Assembly: GCA_902784345.1 (NCBI GenBank)
Contig: CACZUD010000002.1
Location: 158,183 to 222,182 of the forward strand
Source of the DNA: an uncultured Pseudomonadota bacterium
GTDB taxonomy: Bacteria > Pseudomonadota > Alphaproteobacteria > Rs-D84
Length of the DNA stretch: 64,000 nucleotides
Direction: 5' to 3'
The notes beneath the pieces were generated by a model. That model saw nothing but the letters and a program-made list of their open reading frames with translations, was not told the DNA's origin and made no database searches. Made by a program: the position numbers and the translations under genes. How positions within the stretch are numbered: position 1 is the first letter of the stretch; each line of letters starts with the position of its first letter. Below, in pieces: positions 11,717-21,359 of the stretch.

Positions 11717-12991
11717 TTATTTTGTATAAATAATTACTTCATAATTCCAAGTCCTTGTATTAGCACGCCAAGAAACAGATGTCATGTAAACACCCTGAAA
11801 ATCTTTAAAAGCATACATAAATTCAGATGGTATTAATTTTGAAGAAACCGCAACTTCTGTTACATGAACAGTTTCGCTTATGCCGTTATTCAAAATTGTA
11901 TCCGAAACATTGTTTATTTCTGCACGCGCCCCTATTTGTTGAAAAACACTGGCAATATCACGCGCAGCACTTATTGGATCGCGTTCATCTAACGAAGAAT
12001 ATGTCTTTAATGTTGGTAATTTAACACGAACGATAACTTCATCTTCTGATGTTTGTTGAACAACAGCCCCCGGCATTAATTCGCCACCAATTTCATAAAA
12101 ATCGTTCAGTGTTCCAAAATCCCGCATAAACGTCGCAGACACATATTCCCCATCACACTTTGCAAAAGTCTGATTCCAACCTGCGATTGGCTGCATAACA
12201 AAAGCGATTGCTTTATAGCATAAATTTGCACGTTCCATTACATTTGGCAAATTATCATATGGATATTGGAAAGACTGTACTGCTGCTTCTTGAGCTAATT
12301 TTTTATCTAAAATTTCTTGTTTTTTTAATTCTATTTGTTTTCTGTATTCGTTTGCCAACTCTGTATTTAAATTTACACCTTTATCAGATGGTGTTTTTAT
12401 TGGATTGCTTAAAATATAAAAACCGAACAAAACAAACAAAACGGCCATCAACAACGACGGCAACACCGCTTTCAAGAAACAAAATGGACGCAAACGCGCG
12501 ATATTACTATTTTTACCAATCAAATCAGATATATCTTTTTCTTGCGATTTGGGCATACCCCAACTTGCCGGCGCAATTAAAAGCCCCCAATCTGGCAAAG
12601 CAGAAAGTTCTGTATACGCTTTGCGTGCATCTTCTTGTTTTTCAAACAAAATATCACGAATAATAATTCCGTTTCTTACTGCGACAAGATAAAAACGATT
12701 ATTGACATTGAATACCGCCAAAAAAGAAATAAATTCTGATAAAGACTCTGCAATTTGTGCTGCCGCACTTTCGATACCTGTCTTTGCACCATCATAAGAA
12801 GATCCTACCCCAACCATAGATCGATATTCTGTAAAATAGCATCTTCTTTTACTTCCTGATTTAGCCAATTCTTTTGCGGCACTGCGTGCTGTATTACCAA
12901 CCCGCAGGGGCTGCCAAAAAAGCCCTGTTGCAAATTTTTTATGACGAACAGTTATGATTTGTTTTATCAATCTCTCTCTCTTTATGTGCAT
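11717..12991 (-). CDS. bitopic inner-membrane protein (BfpC/TcpD/PilO/GspL-like topology); start uncertain
   Basis: ~200-aa cytoplasmic domain, single TM FLKAVLPSLLMAVLFVLFGFYIL, ~220-aa periplasmic domain. The ORF track N-terminus (to 13075) runs through the upstream gene's terminator, so the start is placed at ATG 12989-12991. Confidence 0.5.
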   Translation of the reverse strand: MHIKRERLIKQIITVRHKKFATGLFWQPLRVGNTARSAAKELAKSGSKRRCYFTEYRSMVGVGSSYDGAKTGIESAAAQIAESLSEFISFLAVFNVNNRFYLVAVRNGIIIRDILFEKQEDARKAYTELSALPDWGLLIAPASWGMPKSQEKDISDLIGKNSNIARLRPFCFLKAVLPSLLMAVLFVLFGFYILSNPIKTPSDKGVNLNTELANEYRKQIELKKQEILDKKLAQEAAVQSFQYPYDNLPNVMERANLCYKAIAFVMQPIAGWNQTFAKCDGEYVSATFMRDFGTLNDFYEIGGELMPGAVVQQTSEDEVIVRVKLPTLKTYSSLDERDPISAARDIASVFQQIGARAEINNVSDTILNNGISETVHVTEVAVSSKLIPSEFMYAFKDFQGVYMTSVSWRANTRTWNYEVIIYTK

Positions 12992-13034
12992 TATAGCACA
13001 AATAGATAAAAAAAATAAAGACGAAATTTGTACT

Positions 13035-13060
13035 AAAAAAGTCGTATTTCTACGACTTTT
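13035..13060 (-). terminator. intrinsic terminator after lipoprotein gene (gtcgtatttctacgac + T-run on minus strand)
   Basis: Hairpin 7 nt downstream of the stop at 13063. Confidence 0.55.
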
Positions 13061-13062
13061 CA

Positions 13063-13377
13063 TTATTTTTGACAATTATATACCTTTACTTTGAATTTAA
13101 AGGTTTTATCTGGGCCAAAAAACGTATCTGGAATTTCTGTAATATCCTGTTTTACAATGTAATAAGAATCACCTATTTTTTCTTGTTCCAATATGCTTTT
13201 TTCCAGATATTCATATGCATCTGATAATTTATAATTTTTAACATTGGAATCCAGAGTATATAAAAATTCACAATTTTTTGGTTCATTATCTAATCTAACC
13301 AAACCAGAACCAGCATCTGTGGATGTTGCACACCCTGCCAATACAATCAAAGACGATAAAGTTAAAATTTTTTTCAT
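13063..13377 (-). CDS. small lipoprotein (104 aa)
   Basis: Lipobox LAGC at the signal peptide end; two further Cys. Confidence 0.5.
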   Translation of the reverse strand: MKKILTLSSLIVLAGCATSTDAGSGLVRLDNEPKNCEFLYTLDSNVKNYKLSDAYEYLEKSILEQEKIGDSYYIVKQDITEIPDTFFGPDKTFKFKVKVYNCQK

Positions 13378-13386
13378 TTTTTTCTC

Positions 13387-14322
13387 CTATTCTTCAACAA
13401 TTTCATAATTAGATTTATCACTAAATAATTTTCGCAAAACCAGATTATTCAACGCATGTGAACCTTTGTATGATTCCAGATGACCGTATATAAAACCACC
13501 ACTTGTGAACATATCACCAACTGCATCTATGATTTTATGACGAACAAATTCGTCTTTATAATATAACTTGTTAAGAACACCATCACCTGCATCATTTAAC
13601 GCAATAACATTGTTTTCATTTGCGCCACGACCCATACCGTGTGCTTTCAGATATTCCCATTCAGAATATTTCCCAAAAGTACGTGATTTTGAAATATCTT
13701 TGATAAATTTATCTTTTGATTTTTTAGTTTCGTCTAACAAACAAGAATAAGATTGTGTTCCGATAATTTTATCTTTGTAAACCAAAGTTGCATCTATTAA
13801 CAAGCCATTATCGTTTGGGGACAATTTAACATAACCATTACCATTGCGCCAAATTGTGTGATTTAAAATTATCATTTTTATCTTTTTCCAGAAAGGCATT
13901 GTTTTTACTAATTCATTACGATATGCAATTATTGGCTTTTTAACAATTATTTTTTTGATATTTGATTTTGAATCTGTTGCGTCTTTGAAAAGATTTATAA
14001 ATTCGTAAGCACTGCCATCTAAAATTGGTGTCTCTGGTCCATCTATTTCAATAATCGCAGAATCTATCCCGGTTATAAAAAGCGCGGCCATCAAGTGTTC
14101 TATGGTTTGAACATGTGCGCCGTTTTTATCGCCAATTGTAGTATTACGCATTAATGTTTCGCCTACATTATCATATTTTGCAGGAATTAAATCAGATTCT
14201 GGCAAATCGGTTCTTTTGAAAAATATTCCGGACTTCTTAGACGGTTTTATAACCATATTTACTGGTAATCCAGAATGAATTCCAACACCTGATATTTTAA
14301 TTTTTTTGTTCAACTGTTTCAT
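13387..14322 (-). CDS. lpxC: UDP-3-O-acyl-N-acetylglucosamine deacetylase
   Basis: TIEHLMAAL, HKIIDAVGDMF (HKxxDxxGD) motifs; 311 aa. Confidence 0.9.
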   Translation of the reverse strand: MKQLNKKIKISGVGIHSGLPVNMVIKPSKKSGIFFKRTDLPESDLIPAKYDNVGETLMRNTTIGDKNGAHVQTIEHLMAALFITGIDSAIIEIDGPETPILDGSAYEFINLFKDATDSKSNIKKIIVKKPIIAYRNELVKTMPFWKKIKMIILNHTIWRNGNGYVKLSPNDNGLLIDATLVYKDKIIGTQSYSCLLDETKKSKDKFIKDISKSRTFGKYSEWEYLKAHGMGRGANENNVIALNDAGDGVLNKLYYKDEFVRHKIIDAVGDMFTSGGFIYGHLESYKGSHALNNLVLRKLFSDKSNYEIVEE

Positions 14323-15229
14323 TAACCTTTCCTTTTAACCAATCATAAAATTTAGAATCTATATCTGTTTGCAATGCAGAAAACTTTATTTGTTCCTTTG
14401 CCCATTGTGGCAAGCGTACCCAATCTTTTTCCGTAGTCAACAATTTGGCATTTTTTTCTTTTGCCAAACTCGTCAACTTTTTTATATCTTCATCTGTATA
14501 TTGATAATGGTCAGGAAAAGAGATTTTTTCAATTATCTTGCAAGGAATATTATCAAAGAATTTCTCAGGGTACCCAATCCCAGCAAACGCAACCACATTT
14601 GTATTTTTATCATACGGACAAATTTCACTGTTTTTTGCTTGAAACACTGGAATATTTGTTGGTAAAGCAAAATCTGGACGCACATCTTTTCTTTTTATAA
14701 GAATTATCGCATCTGCACGTTTTATAGCAGATTTAGTTTCACGCAACGGACCCGCAGGCAATAAAAATCCATTTCCAAAACCAATAGATTCATCAAATAC
14801 CAACACAGAAATATCTTTTTTTATCGAAGAATTTTGAAAACCATCGTCCATTACTATTGGGGTATCTGATTTTTGCTTGTTTAACAAAATCAAATTACTT
14901 TTACGATTACCAACATGCACCAAAATATTATCAGAAGATAACATTTTTGCTTCGTCCCCAATACCCCCTGTTTGTTTAGATTTTTTATATCCGCGCATCA
15001 CAACAGGTGCATCAAAGAACTTTGCAACATTACGAACTATCGGTGTTTTACCGACACCACCAGATAAAATATTACCAAAACAAATAATCGGACGACGCGA
15101 TACATATTCGCGTTTTTTACGCATATTGAAAACAGTCTTGCTGCCCAATAAATAAAACAAAGAAAGCGGCAACAACATGACCGATGAAAAACTTCTTTTC
15201 AAAAACCACTTTGGTGTTTTCATGAGCAA
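14297..15229 (-). CDS. lpxK: tetraacyldisaccharide 4'-kinase
   Basis: P-loop GNILSGGVGKTP; 310 aa; 26-nt overlap with lpxC. Confidence 0.85.
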   Translation of the reverse strand: MLMKTPKWFLKRSFSSVMLLPLSLFYLLGSKTVFNMRKKREYVSRRPIICFGNILSGGVGKTPIVRNVAKFFDAPVVMRGYKKSKQTGGIGDEAKMLSSDNILVHVGNRKSNLILLNKQKSDTPIVMDDGFQNSSIKKDISVLVFDESIGFGNGFLLPAGPLRETKSAIKRADAIILIKRKDVRPDFALPTNIPVFQAKNSEICPYDKNTNVVAFAGIGYPEKFFDNIPCKIIEKISFPDHYQYTDEDIKKLTSLAKEKNAKLLTTEKDWVRLPQWAKEQIKFSALQTDIDSKFYDWLKGKVNETVEQKN

Positions 15230-15232
15230 GCC

Positions 15233-15976
15233 TTAGTGTTTAAAATTTTCAGGTGTTAAATCTTGTTCGACACGAAAATCGGTAAATCTTTTATCCAAAT
15301 CATAAGCCTGTTTAACCATAATATCTTCCAGATTCTTACGAATTTTTTCAAAATCTTCTGTCTTTGTTTTTCTGTCAATAAACACAGGTTTTCCAACACT
15401 GCCCGCCATTATAGAAAAAGGTTTCATTAATAAATATCTGTCCCAACGATTTAAAAACCAAGGACGCGAACAAGAATAACAGACTGGAATAATTGGTGCC
15501 CCAGTCATTTTGGCGAAATAAAGCGCCCCATCGTGAAAACGCATAGACGGACCACGCGGACCATCAGGCGACAAAGCCAAACAAAAACGCCCCTTGTTCA
15601 GCGCACTGATACCGCGTTTCAAAACATTAACGCCACCACCAGCAGAAGAACCATAAATAGTACGCAAACCGAACAATTTTTCCATTTTAGCAATCGCGCG
15701 ACCATCTTTCTTGCTGTCTGCAATGGCATAGCCACGAACGCGATTAAGCGCAATAACCGGTGATAACATCATTGTTCGCCCATGCCAAAACACAAAAATC
15801 GCAGGTTTTCTGGCATATTGACGCAGAATTTCTAAGCCTTTGATGTCTTTTTTTGCGGTAAAATATACAAACCAAATCAAGACATAATAAACAAGGGCCA
15901 AAATCCACTGAATTACGCCCCAACCATACAGAAATCTAAAAAAATGCTTTAAGTTCTTTTTAAGCACTTTTGTCAT
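15233..15976 (-). CDS. DUF374-type lysophospholipid acyltransferase family protein (commonly adjacent to lpxK/waaA)
   Basis: 247 aa, N-terminal TM; synteny with lpxK. Confidence 0.55.
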   Translation of the reverse strand: MTKVLKKNLKHFFRFLYGWGVIQWILALVYYVLIWFVYFTAKKDIKGLEILRQYARKPAIFVFWHGRTMMLSPVIALNRVRGYAIADSKKDGRAIAKMEKLFGLRTIYGSSAGGGVNVLKRGISALNKGRFCLALSPDGPRGPSMRFHDGALYFAKMTGAPIIPVCYSCSRPWFLNRWDRYLLMKPFSIMAGSVGKPVFIDRKTKTEDFEKIRKNLEDIMVKQAYDLDKRFTDFRVEQDLTPENFKH

Positions 15977-16069
15977 CTAAAAGACCTTTGAAAGCAATTC
16001 TAGCAATAAAAAACACACAATGCAATTTAAATAAAAAACACACCAGAACGGTGCGTTTTTTATTTAAAC

Positions 16070-16146
<77 letters not shown>

Positions 16147-16198
16147 ATAAGCAAGGTTATTATATATCTTTAATCCTAAGAGTCAAATAAAAAACGTA

Positions 16199-16813
16199 CT
16201 AATCAAAACATTTTTTCAGTGTTTCGCCACTGTCATTCAAATCAACATGTTTGTTGCGGATTTCTTCATCTGCCCGTATTTGTTGTTTAAGTAAAACAAT
16301 ATCAGGATGATTTTGTAATTCATTATTTAATTTATCAATAGCAAATTCTATATCTTTTTCATTTTTTACGAATATCGGAACGATTGAATTTGCGGCATTT
16401 TGTACAGATTTTTTAAATAAATCTTTGTTGTCTTCTATAACAGATAAATAGGCCCTTATATGTTCGTCTTCATGTTGCAGTATCGCATTATAAGAACAAG
16501 AATTTGGTCTGTGAGATATATCTATTTGAACCAGAAAATCCGAATACCCTATCGTCGTATCTATATTTTTCAAAGACACACAAAAACCGTCTTCTATGGA
16601 AGTTATATCTGCTGTTATTTCAAATTCATCGACCAGTGTTGCTACTACATTTCCATGTAAAACATCCATTTTTTGTAATGGTTGAACAACACTTTTCGTC
16701 CAAACAGGCACATTTATTGTAACTTCAGGGTTTAATTTATAATTTAAACAATCGTCCCCCGCAAATGCATCTGAAATAAAAAACGATAAAAATATATAAA
16801 TAAATTTTTTCAT
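16199..16813 (-). CDS. secreted HExxH protein (DUF922-like putative Zn-dependent peptidase), paralog B
   Basis: Signal peptide; HEDEH motif; ~30% identical to the upstream paralog (shared C..YK.NP, G.C.SL..ID, SC.Y, PIF.K.EK, KLN blocks). Confidence 0.55.
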   Translation of the reverse strand: MKKFIYIFLSFFISDAFAGDDCLNYKLNPEVTINVPVWTKSVVQPLQKMDVLHGNVVATLVDEFEITADITSIEDGFCVSLKNIDTTIGYSDFLVQIDISHRPNSCSYNAILQHEDEHIRAYLSVIEDNKDLFKKSVQNAANSIVPIFVKNEKDIEFAIDKLNNELQNHPDIVLLKQQIRADEEIRNKHVDLNDSGETLKKCFD

Positions 16814-16815
16814 TT

Positions 16816-17454
16816 CTAATCTATAACTATATCAGAATTTTTCATTTTTTTATAAAAATCATCACATTTCCAAATATGATAGCTGTCGCCACGTTCATCT
16901 ATTTTTTTATTTTCCAATGTTAATTCTTCTACTATATCTGATTTAATTTTTTCAACAAAATCACTTTTATTTAATTTTTCAGAAAAATCAGGCACTTCTT
17001 TTTCAGATTTTATGAATATTGGTTTAAAATCTTTTGCGCCATCTTTCACAGATTTTTTTATCTTATCAAGATTAGATTTTATCACATTTTTATAAACATT
17101 TACATGATCTTGTTCATGTCTATAAACTATATCATACGCACAAGATTTTTCTTTTAATCTTTTATCTATTATAACATCAAAATCTTCAATAATTTCAATA
17201 TCAATACCACGCAAAGATGCACAATATCCGCCGTGTACAGGAATTATTACCGTATGCGCCATGGCACTGTACGACATCTTTGGTTCTGTATAACCCAACT
17301 TTCCAACCATTTCTTTATCTGATTTTTGAGTTTTAACATCTTTAATGTTTAATTTTATATCAACATCTGGATTATATTTATACTTTGAACAATCATATGC
17401 AAAAGACATATATGGTGAAAACACAAATAACAAAAAGATTATTTTCTTAAACAT
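16816..17454 (-). CDS. secreted HExxH protein (DUF922-like), paralog A
   Basis: Signal peptide MFKKIIFLLFVFSPYMSFA; HEQDH motif. Confidence 0.55.
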   Translation of the reverse strand: MFKKIIFLLFVFSPYMSFAYDCSKYKYNPDVDIKLNIKDVKTQKSDKEMVGKLGYTEPKMSYSAMAHTVIIPVHGGYCASLRGIDIEIIEDFDVIIDKRLKEKSCAYDIVYRHEQDHVNVYKNVIKSNLDKIKKSVKDGAKDFKPIFIKSEKEVPDFSEKLNKSDFVEKIKSDIVEELTLENKKIDERGDSYHIWKCDDFYKKMKNSDIVID

Positions 17455-17494
17455 ATTGTTATATTGTCTGCTTTTTTAATATTCTGCAACAAAA

Positions 17495-18532
17495 TTATTT
17501 TTTATCTATTTCAGATAAATATTCTTCATACATAAAATCCCAAATGTTCACATATTTTTTACAAACCCGTTCATAATTATCCAAAACAGCCGGTAATCTG
17601 CGTTTATATTCTTCTGGGGTGCACATCTTTAAAACTTGTTCTATATCTGATTCTGTTGTTATTTTTATTATGCCATCTGGGTTAAAGAATTGATCTATTT
17701 CTGTCGCACCAAGATATATTGGAATACATTGGTTTGCCAGTGCTGTTGTAAATCTTTCTGAAAAATAGTATTTATTCACGTCATTTTCTAAACAAATACA
17801 AAACATATAATCGCGGTAAGTATCTGATAATTTTTCTACACGTGGACCACCATCAAAATTACCAAAAGTATCGCATAAATGTTCTTTTTTACACTTTATT
17901 GCTAAATTGTACCTGAATTCGTGCAGTGAACACATACGTTTATCAGAAGAAATAAAAGAACAAATTTTACTTTTGTGTTTATACATTTCTGGTTCACATG
18001 GTTCGTCCCAAATACCAGCAGCAAAAGGAACAAATCTTGCATTCGGGATTGTGTCTAAAATCTTTGAAGAATATGTAAAAATATAATCAAACTGTTTATA
18101 TAAATCGGGATATTTTTCAAATATTTTATAATCTTCTGGGACAATAGATTCAGATTCTACAAACATACCAAATTTATGTTTTGGTTTTCCCATTGTTTCC
18201 AACATGGCATCATTAGTGTAAAAATGCATATCTAACCCAATATTAAATTTATCCCATATAAAATATTTTGATGCTTCGGCAGAACAATAATCAAAATGTC
18301 TATCGCGCAGGAAAAAAGTCCGCATTTTTTTTCCATCTTTATTATAAATATCTGGTTCTTTATTACTTGGTAAAATCGCAAAATTATAGTAAGGAAAAAA
18401 TAACTTGCCATACAACGTTTTAACATAACGATGTTTTTCACTGGTGTTATTTTTATAGCTCGCGATTTTTATACCACATAAATATACGTGTACACGACCA
18501 TTTGTGCCTATTTCTTTTTTTAAAAATTTCAT
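17495..18532 (-). CDS. GT10-family alpha-1,3-fucosyltransferase-like glycosyltransferase
   Basis: DYMFCICLENDVNKYYFSERFTTALANQCIPIYLGATEIDQFFNPDGIIKI matches the alpha1,3-FucT motif of H. pylori FutA (KFNLCFENTQGYGYVTEKIIDAYFSHTIPIYWGSPSVAKDFNPKSFVNV). Confidence 0.65.
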   Translation of the reverse strand: MKFLKKEIGTNGRVHVYLCGIKIASYKNNTSEKHRYVKTLYGKLFFPYYNFAILPSNKEPDIYNKDGKKMRTFFLRDRHFDYCSAEASKYFIWDKFNIGLDMHFYTNDAMLETMGKPKHKFGMFVESESIVPEDYKIFEKYPDLYKQFDYIFTYSSKILDTIPNARFVPFAAGIWDEPCEPEMYKHKSKICSFISSDKRMCSLHEFRYNLAIKCKKEHLCDTFGNFDGGPRVEKLSDTYRDYMFCICLENDVNKYYFSERFTTALANQCIPIYLGATEIDQFFNPDGIIKITTESDIEQVLKMCTPEEYKRRLPAVLDNYERVCKKYVNIWDFMYEEYLSEIDKK

Positions 18533-18641
18533 TAAAAAACTCTTTTATTATTCCAACATAATTTAAGTATGGGAATAATTTTCTATAATATCAAGCAGAA
18601 AACCGCCAGTATAAAAAATTCACAGATGTCGGTAAGTTCTA

Positions 18642-21056
18642 TTACATTGTTTGCTTTTTTAAATATTCTGCAACAAAGTTATTTCCATATGTTTTATAAA
18701 GTTCTTCGGCCAATAATACAGATGAACGTCCGGATTCAAATAACTTTAACATATTTCCCAAACCACCCAATTCAGTATTTAAAATCACAGATTCCCCGTT
18801 AACAGGACGTGATAATAATACCGCACGTTTAAGATTTGGATATGCCTGACCTTTGATAAATGCCATTTCCAGTGGATTTAAATTCCATTTTTCATAATCA
18901 CTGGTATCTGCCGCAGGATTACGGAAGAATAATACAGTCTGTGCCTGACCACGAACAACATCACCTATCCCAAGTTTATCAAGAACATTTGCACGTTGGA
19001 AAGCAACCATATATGCCTGACGATTTTTACGACCTTCTTGAAGTCCGGCTATGAAATTATCGCGAAACATTTTATTTTCCAACATTGGTGCTGTTTCATC
19101 AATCATAATAAGTGAAGGATTTCCGCCGGATACAGTTACATTATTTATTCTGTGTAATATATAAGATATAACAGCCGGCGCCAATACTTCATCTTGCAAA
19201 ATTTCTGTAAAATCAAAAGTTGTTAAACGCGCACCTAAATCAAGAGTATCTGCTTCTTCATTAAATATGTCGCCATATTGTAATGGATCAACCCATTTCT
19301 TTAATTCGGCGCGCATCGGGCCACTGGATGAAAAACAGCTTTCATAAAGATTCTTTAATAACCTGTCTTTATCCTGCAGATAATCAAAGTTAACAGATAC
19401 AGCACGTGCAATTTCATCCATTGATTCTGCATCATTAATATTGGTTATCATTGAAAACCATCTGCGTAAAAATGCACGATTACTGCTACTATCTGGCATT
19501 TTCAGAGGATTCAAATGTGTTAAAAATGCGTCACTACTTGCATCTTTTTCTTTGCCATTCATTGTTATATATTTACCACCAACAGCCAGAGTAAATATTT
19601 CAGCCCCCTTGTTTCTGTCAAAGAAAAACGCTTTTAACTTTTGATAACGTAAAGATTGTGCAATAAGGAACGAGAACAAAGTCGTTTTACCACCACCAGT
19701 TGGACCTATGGTCAGGGTATGACCAACGGCTGCCGGTTTATCAGAAACATGAAATTGAAATTGATATGGTGTTCCTTGGGCTGTTGGGAAAACAACAATT
19801 GGACCCTGACCCCAATCACTGTCCTTAACACCAGTTGGCATAGATGACAACGGTATACTTGTTGCAGCCGTCTTTGATAACATTTTAAATATTCTTGGAA
19901 ATACATCAAATCCAGGTAATTGAGCAAAAAAGGACACTTTTGATGCAAAAGTTTCAACAACTGGTGATATACCAAATGAAGCAGATATTTTCTTAAATTC
20001 ATCAACATATTCATTTAATTCTTCTATACTTTTACCAAACAACATAAACAAAGGATAATAATCAACCAATGTTTGATTACCAGTTTGATTTTCATCCATT
20101 TGATTTTGTGCTTCACTTATTTGTTCAAGTGTAGATTCTTCTGTTTCATCGGTAATAGTTGAACGATGTTGACGCATCAGTGTTTCAATATCACTTGATT
20201 GTAAAATATGAAAAGCATTCATACATATCATTTCACATTGAATAGTTGAAACAGTATCAAAAAATTCTTCATCCATATAATCAGGCGATATTTTAAAAGA
20301 AAGTGCAGCAGCATAATATTTTTTATCACCACTGGTATATTCAATTACACCGTTTTTCATAAATTCAACATTATCAACACATACTAAATTTGATATATTT
20401 TCGTCACATTTTTTTATTATCGGCTTTGATACAGGTGACAAAATTCTACCAAAGAAAGTTGCCATATTATCGATATTATTATTTCTTAACAATATTGGTT
20501 TATATGCAGATAATATAGATTCAACATAATTACAACACTGATTTAATTTTTCACGATTATTTTGACCATGAACAGAAACAACAACATAATAATTATTAGA
20601 ATAAATCTTTAAACCTTGATTATTCCATTTATCATATATTTTCTGCAAAGTTGGCTGATCAAATTCATAATCTGTTTTTTGGTCTATGAAATCACGAATT
20701 GTAAAAAATCGCAGACAAACATCAGGATCTTGAATTTGATTAAATAATTGGGCACGCAAATCCAGCATTTTTTCACGATTTTTATCACTCATCATACTGG
20801 TTTGTACACCTTTTATTTTATAAACACGAACCAAAGATCCATCATCAATCGATAAACTGTCATCACTGTAAACGGCATTGAAAGGTAAATAATCGGAATA
20901 TTTTGTATAACCAAATTTTGGAAAAACTTTCTTTACAATTGTTGGTATATAAGCCAACAAAACCAAAAATACCAGAACAACAGACATTGCTATTATAACC
21001 AAAGTCAATGTCATAGAATCTGTATTTCCTGCAAAATAATTAAATAATCTTTCCAT
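18642..21056 (-). CDS. virB4: type IV secretion system ATPase VirB4/TrbE family
   Basis: 804 aa; N-terminal TM; Walker A TIGPTGGGKTT; CagE_TrbE_VirB-type C-terminal domain. Confidence 0.9.
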   Translation of the reverse strand: MERLFNYFAGNTDSMTLTLVIIAMSVVLVFLVLLAYIPTIVKKVFPKFGYTKYSDYLPFNAVYSDDSLSIDDGSLVRVYKIKGVQTSMMSDKNREKMLDLRAQLFNQIQDPDVCLRFFTIRDFIDQKTDYEFDQPTLQKIYDKWNNQGLKIYSNNYYVVVSVHGQNNREKLNQCCNYVESILSAYKPILLRNNNIDNMATFFGRILSPVSKPIIKKCDENISNLVCVDNVEFMKNGVIEYTSGDKKYYAAALSFKISPDYMDEEFFDTVSTIQCEMICMNAFHILQSSDIETLMRQHRSTITDETEESTLEQISEAQNQMDENQTGNQTLVDYYPLFMLFGKSIEELNEYVDEFKKISASFGISPVVETFASKVSFFAQLPGFDVFPRIFKMLSKTAATSIPLSSMPTGVKDSDWGQGPIVVFPTAQGTPYQFQFHVSDKPAAVGHTLTIGPTGGGKTTLFSFLIAQSLRYQKLKAFFFDRNKGAEIFTLAVGGKYITMNGKEKDASSDAFLTHLNPLKMPDSSSNRAFLRRWFSMITNINDAESMDEIARAVSVNFDYLQDKDRLLKNLYESCFSSSGPMRAELKKWVDPLQYGDIFNEEADTLDLGARLTTFDFTEILQDEVLAPAVISYILHRINNVTVSGGNPSLIMIDETAPMLENKMFRDNFIAGLQEGRKNRQAYMVAFQRANVLDKLGIGDVVRGQAQTVLFFRNPAADTSDYEKWNLNPLEMAFIKGQAYPNLKRAVLLSRPVNGESVILNTELGGLGNMLKLFESGRSSVLLAEELYKTYGNNFVAEYLKKQTM

Positions 21057-21059
21057 TTT

Positions 21060-21359
21060 TTACACTACTAATTTTCTTGGCACCCTATTTTTTATTATTC
21101 TTATACTTGAAAATATAGTTTGAGCGATTTGCGGATCTTGTTTTGAATAAAAAGCCAATATTGCATGACAAAGCGATAAAATACCCAAAAAAAACAAAGG
21201 TAACCACATCGGTATATTACGTGGCGGGATTATCAAAAAAAAGATTATTCCCGCTACAAAAACCAAGAACCAAATCAGGAAATTTAATATTGCAAGATTA
21301 TAAGGCACATAAAATATGCGCGGTGGGTTTGCCAAAGCTTTCAGAACTTTTTGCCTCAA
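21060..21359 (-). CDS. virB3: type IV secretion system protein VirB3
   Basis: 99 aa; LANPPRIFYVPYNLAILNF (VirB3 L..P....GVP......N motif) followed by two TM helices; 3 nt upstream of virB4. Confidence 0.75.
   Translation of the reverse strand: MRQKVLKALANPPRIFYVPYNLAILNFLIWFLVFVAGIIFFLIIPPRNIPMWLPLFFLGILSLCHAILAFYSKQDPQIAQTIFSSIRIIKNRVPRKLVV

Noticed and set aside
12992-13075. N-terminal 28-aa extension of the 452-aa pilus-module ORF
   Set aside because: It runs through a strong hairpin terminator (13041-13056) belonging to the upstream lipoprotein gene, so the start was moved to the ATG at 12989-12991.
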